Positions 34,753-36,808 of a stretch of DNA of 36,808 nt are shown piece by piece (position 1 is the stretch's first letter; the number at the start of each line of letters is the position of its first letter). Where the stretch lies: the NCBI GenBank assembly GCA_043799545.1, contig JAZDNO010000011.1, forward strand, positions 1-36,808. The letters run 5' to 3'. Below the pieces are notes generated by a model, which saw nothing but the letters and a program-made list of their open reading frames with translations, did no database searches and was not told the origin of the DNA. A program made the translations under genes and the position numbers. The DNA comes from Methanobacteriota archaeon (GTDB taxonomy: Archaea; Thermoplasmatota; Thermoplasmata; SG8-5; DAIRED01).

Positions 34753-35787
34753 ATGAGGATACTTTTCAACATCGGGCATCCGGCGCAAGTTCACTTCTTC
34801 AAGAACGCAATATGGGATCTGCAAAAACGAGGCCACATATGCAAAATAACCACCTCGGACAAGGATGTGGCGATACAACTTCTAAAAGCCTATAAATTCG
34901 AATACGAAATCATAGGTAAATCCCCATCTACACTGCTCGAAAAGGCAATCGAAATGGTCAAGAAAGATTGGAAGTTGCTCAGGATTGCCCACCGGTTCAA
35001 GCCAGACGTCCTAGTGGGCGGAGTGGGGAACTTATATGTAGCGCACGTGGGGAAAATAATCGGCAAGCCATCCATAGTCTTCGACGACACCGAACACTCG
35101 AAGTTCGAGCACATGCTGATGGACCCGTTCGTGACGAGGATATGCACGCCAGAGGCGTATACTTTAAACCTGGGTAGAAAGCAAGTTAGATATTCTGGTT
35201 TCAAGGAACTCGCTTACCTTCATGCTAAATATTTCAAACCGAGAACTGATGTTCTGAAAGAGCTTGGATTGAATAATCCCGACGAAAAGTTCGTCATAAT
35301 TAGGCTGGTTTCATGGAATGCTGCGCATGATGTGGGAATAAACGAGGTGGATGTCAAATCTTTCAAAGAACTGGTTGAAATTATTGTAAATAAAGTGAAG
35401 GTAATCATCACTGCTGAATCGCATATGGGTGCAGAGTTTGAGATGTACAAGATGAAACTCGCTCCTGAGAATCTGCATGATTTGTTATATTTCGCGACTA
35501 TGTATATAGGGGAAGGTGCGACAATGGCTACGGAGGCAGCATTGTTAGGAACGCCTAGCATATATGTGAATCCATTAAATACTGGCACCTTGGATGAATT
35601 GTCGAAGGCAAACCTTATCACACATTGCGAATCCTGGCGAGATGCGTTGTCTGTTGTAAAAAACAATGTAGCCTTCATTCAAAAAGGAGAGCGACAAACG
35701 GCTTTAACGGATTTCGACGTCACATCATTCATCGTTAATCAAATAGATGACATATTTTGCGCAACTCCGCATGGAACGGTGATGTAA
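34753..35787 (+). CDS. DUF354 family protein (GT-B-like, glycan cluster-associated)
   Basis: MRILFNIGHPAQVHFFK, KPSIVFDDTE, GFKELAYLH, IIRLVSWNAAHD, GEGATMATEAALLGTPSIY. Confidence 0.85.
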   Translation: MRILFNIGHPAQVHFFKNAIWDLQKRGHICKITTSDKDVAIQLLKAYKFEYEIIGKSPSTLLEKAIEMVKKDWKLLRIAHRFKPDVLVGGVGNLYVAHVGKIIGKPSIVFDDTEHSKFEHMLMDPFVTRICTPEAYTLNLGRKQVRYSGFKELAYLHAKYFKPRTDVLKELGLNNPDEKFVIIRLVSWNAAHDVGINEVDVKSFKELVEIIVNKVKVIITAESHMGAEFEMYKMKLAPENLHDLLYFATMYIGEGATMATEAALLGTPSIYVNPLNTGTLDELSKANLITHCESWRDALSVVKNNVAFIQKGERQTALTDFDVTSFIVNQIDDIFCATPHGTVM

Positions 35788-35789
35788 GA

Positions 35790-36683
35790 ATGGGGTTCAA
35801 AGAGATAAAAATTGAATGGCCAGACAATAAAAAATTCGGCCTCGTTCTAACTCACGACGTCGATCGGGTAAAAAAAACCTATCAGTACCTGACCCATTTC
35901 CTAAAGACTGGCAGATTCTATCACATCAAGTCGTTGGTCTCGGAACATAATCCATATTGGACTTTTGGCGAAATTATGAAGGTTGAAGAAGGGTTGGGGG
36001 TGAGATCAACCTTCTTCTTTTTAAACGAGTCGATAAAGTTCAATCCATTCTATCTATCGCAATACAAATTGTCTTTAGGTCGATATAAAATTAACGAAAA
36101 AGATGTTACAAAAATCATTAATGAGCTAGATTCGAAAGGTTGGGAAATAGGACTCCATGGTTCTTATAATTCATATCAATCGATAGACCTCCTAGAACGA
36201 GAAAAAAACATGTTGGAGAGCGTTCTGGGAAAGCCAGTATTCGGCATCCGTCAGCATTACTTAAACCTAGACGTGCCTCTGACATGGCAATATCACGAAA
36301 AATTGGGTTTTCAATACGATTCTAGCTTCGGATTCAAAAACCAGCTCGGGTTTCGAGATAACGTCCGATATCCATTTCAACCATTCAATTCCAAATTCAC
36401 AGTGATTCCTCTTTCAATAATGGACATGGTAATTTTCAATCAAAAGGGATTGACAGACGAACAAAGGTTTGAAACTTGTAGGGAAATAATAAACAGCGCG
36501 ATTGGTTCACGCGCAATGATATGTGTCGTTTGGCACACAGAGCGGTTTAACAACAAGGAGTTTCCTGGCCAGACGGATTTTTATATGCGATTGGTCAACG
36601 AATGTATTAATAAAGGCGCATATGTGTCTACTGCAAAGGAAGTGATAAAATTGATTTCCATTCAAAAGGGTGAACATGACTGA
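35790..36683 (+). CDS. Polysaccharide deacetylase family protein
   Basis: Start placed at ATG 35790; LTHDVDRV, RSTFFF, WEIGLHGSY, GIRQHYL, YDSSFG, IPLSIMD, VWH. Confidence 0.85.
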   Translation: MGFKEIKIEWPDNKKFGLVLTHDVDRVKKTYQYLTHFLKTGRFYHIKSLVSEHNPYWTFGEIMKVEEGLGVRSTFFFLNESIKFNPFYLSQYKLSLGRYKINEKDVTKIINELDSKGWEIGLHGSYNSYQSIDLLEREKNMLESVLGKPVFGIRQHYLNLDVPLTWQYHEKLGFQYDSSFGFKNQLGFRDNVRYPFQPFNSKFTVIPLSIMDMVIFNQKGLTDEQRFETCREIINSAIGSRAMICVVWHTERFNNKEFPGQTDFYMRLVNECINKGAYVSTAKEVIKLISIQKGEHD

Positions 36684-36808
36684 CGATTGCGTAGTCCGCG
36701 AATTAAAGGATTCTGAAATAAGTGAGGCCTCGGAGCTCCATGATAAATATTTTCAGGACAAACGACCATCCCAGGTTTGGTTGTGGGAGTACCGCGGTAT
36801 TCATCGAG
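36676..36808 (+). CDS. Probable GNAT-family N-acetyltransferase, 5' part only
   Basis: ATG 36676 overlaps the previous stop; MTDDCVVRELKDSEISEASELHDKYFQDKRPSQVWLWEYRG resembles GNAT N-termini; runs off the window. Confidence 0.5.
   Translation, partial: MTDDCVVRELKDSEISEASELHDKYFQDKRPSQVWLWEYRGIHR

Noticed and set aside
1-36808. CRISPR array, tRNA/rRNA, IS element or prophage genes
   Set aside because: No regularly spaced repeats, RNA-gene signatures, transposase, integrase or viral hallmark genes were seen.

Overview
A roughly 60% GC window that looks archaeal: it has a UPF0201/DUF54 gene, TTTATA-type TATA boxes with purine-rich BRE-like flanks, GGAGG/GAGGG ribosome-binding sites and ATGA gene overlaps. 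A Thermoplasmatota-like host is my guess only. Layout: (1) 1-11.9 kb, surface-glycan biosynthesis cluster with a serine-acetyltransferase-like gene cut by the window edge, four GT4 glycosyltransferases, a WbpI/WecB-type 2-epimerase, a PIG-L deacetylase coupled to an LpxD-like acyltransferase, a multi-TM putative GT-C protein, a B12-radical SAM enzyme and an NDP-sugar epimerase. (2) 11.9-13.0 kb, two housekeeping-type genes. (3) 13.2-31.4 kb, the main signal: a co-oriented tandem array of eight paralogous secreted proteins sharing a conserved ~300-aa C-terminal module with no membrane anchor. The first gene is signal peptide plus that module only. The other seven carry divergent N-terminal beta-propeller-like heads. 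One of them is frameshifted in a G tract, one has jelly-roll and six-Kelch insertions, and a deletion scar of a ninth member remains. I interpret this as a candidate undescribed fibre/pilus or surface-adhesin system (major subunit plus variable adhesins). (4) 31.5-36.8 kb, MNT-HEPN and HicBA toxin-antitoxin pairs, a second 2-epimerase and further glycan-modification genes, with a sharp GC drop inside the DUF354 gene. All family assignments come from motif recognition by eye; no database searches were run.
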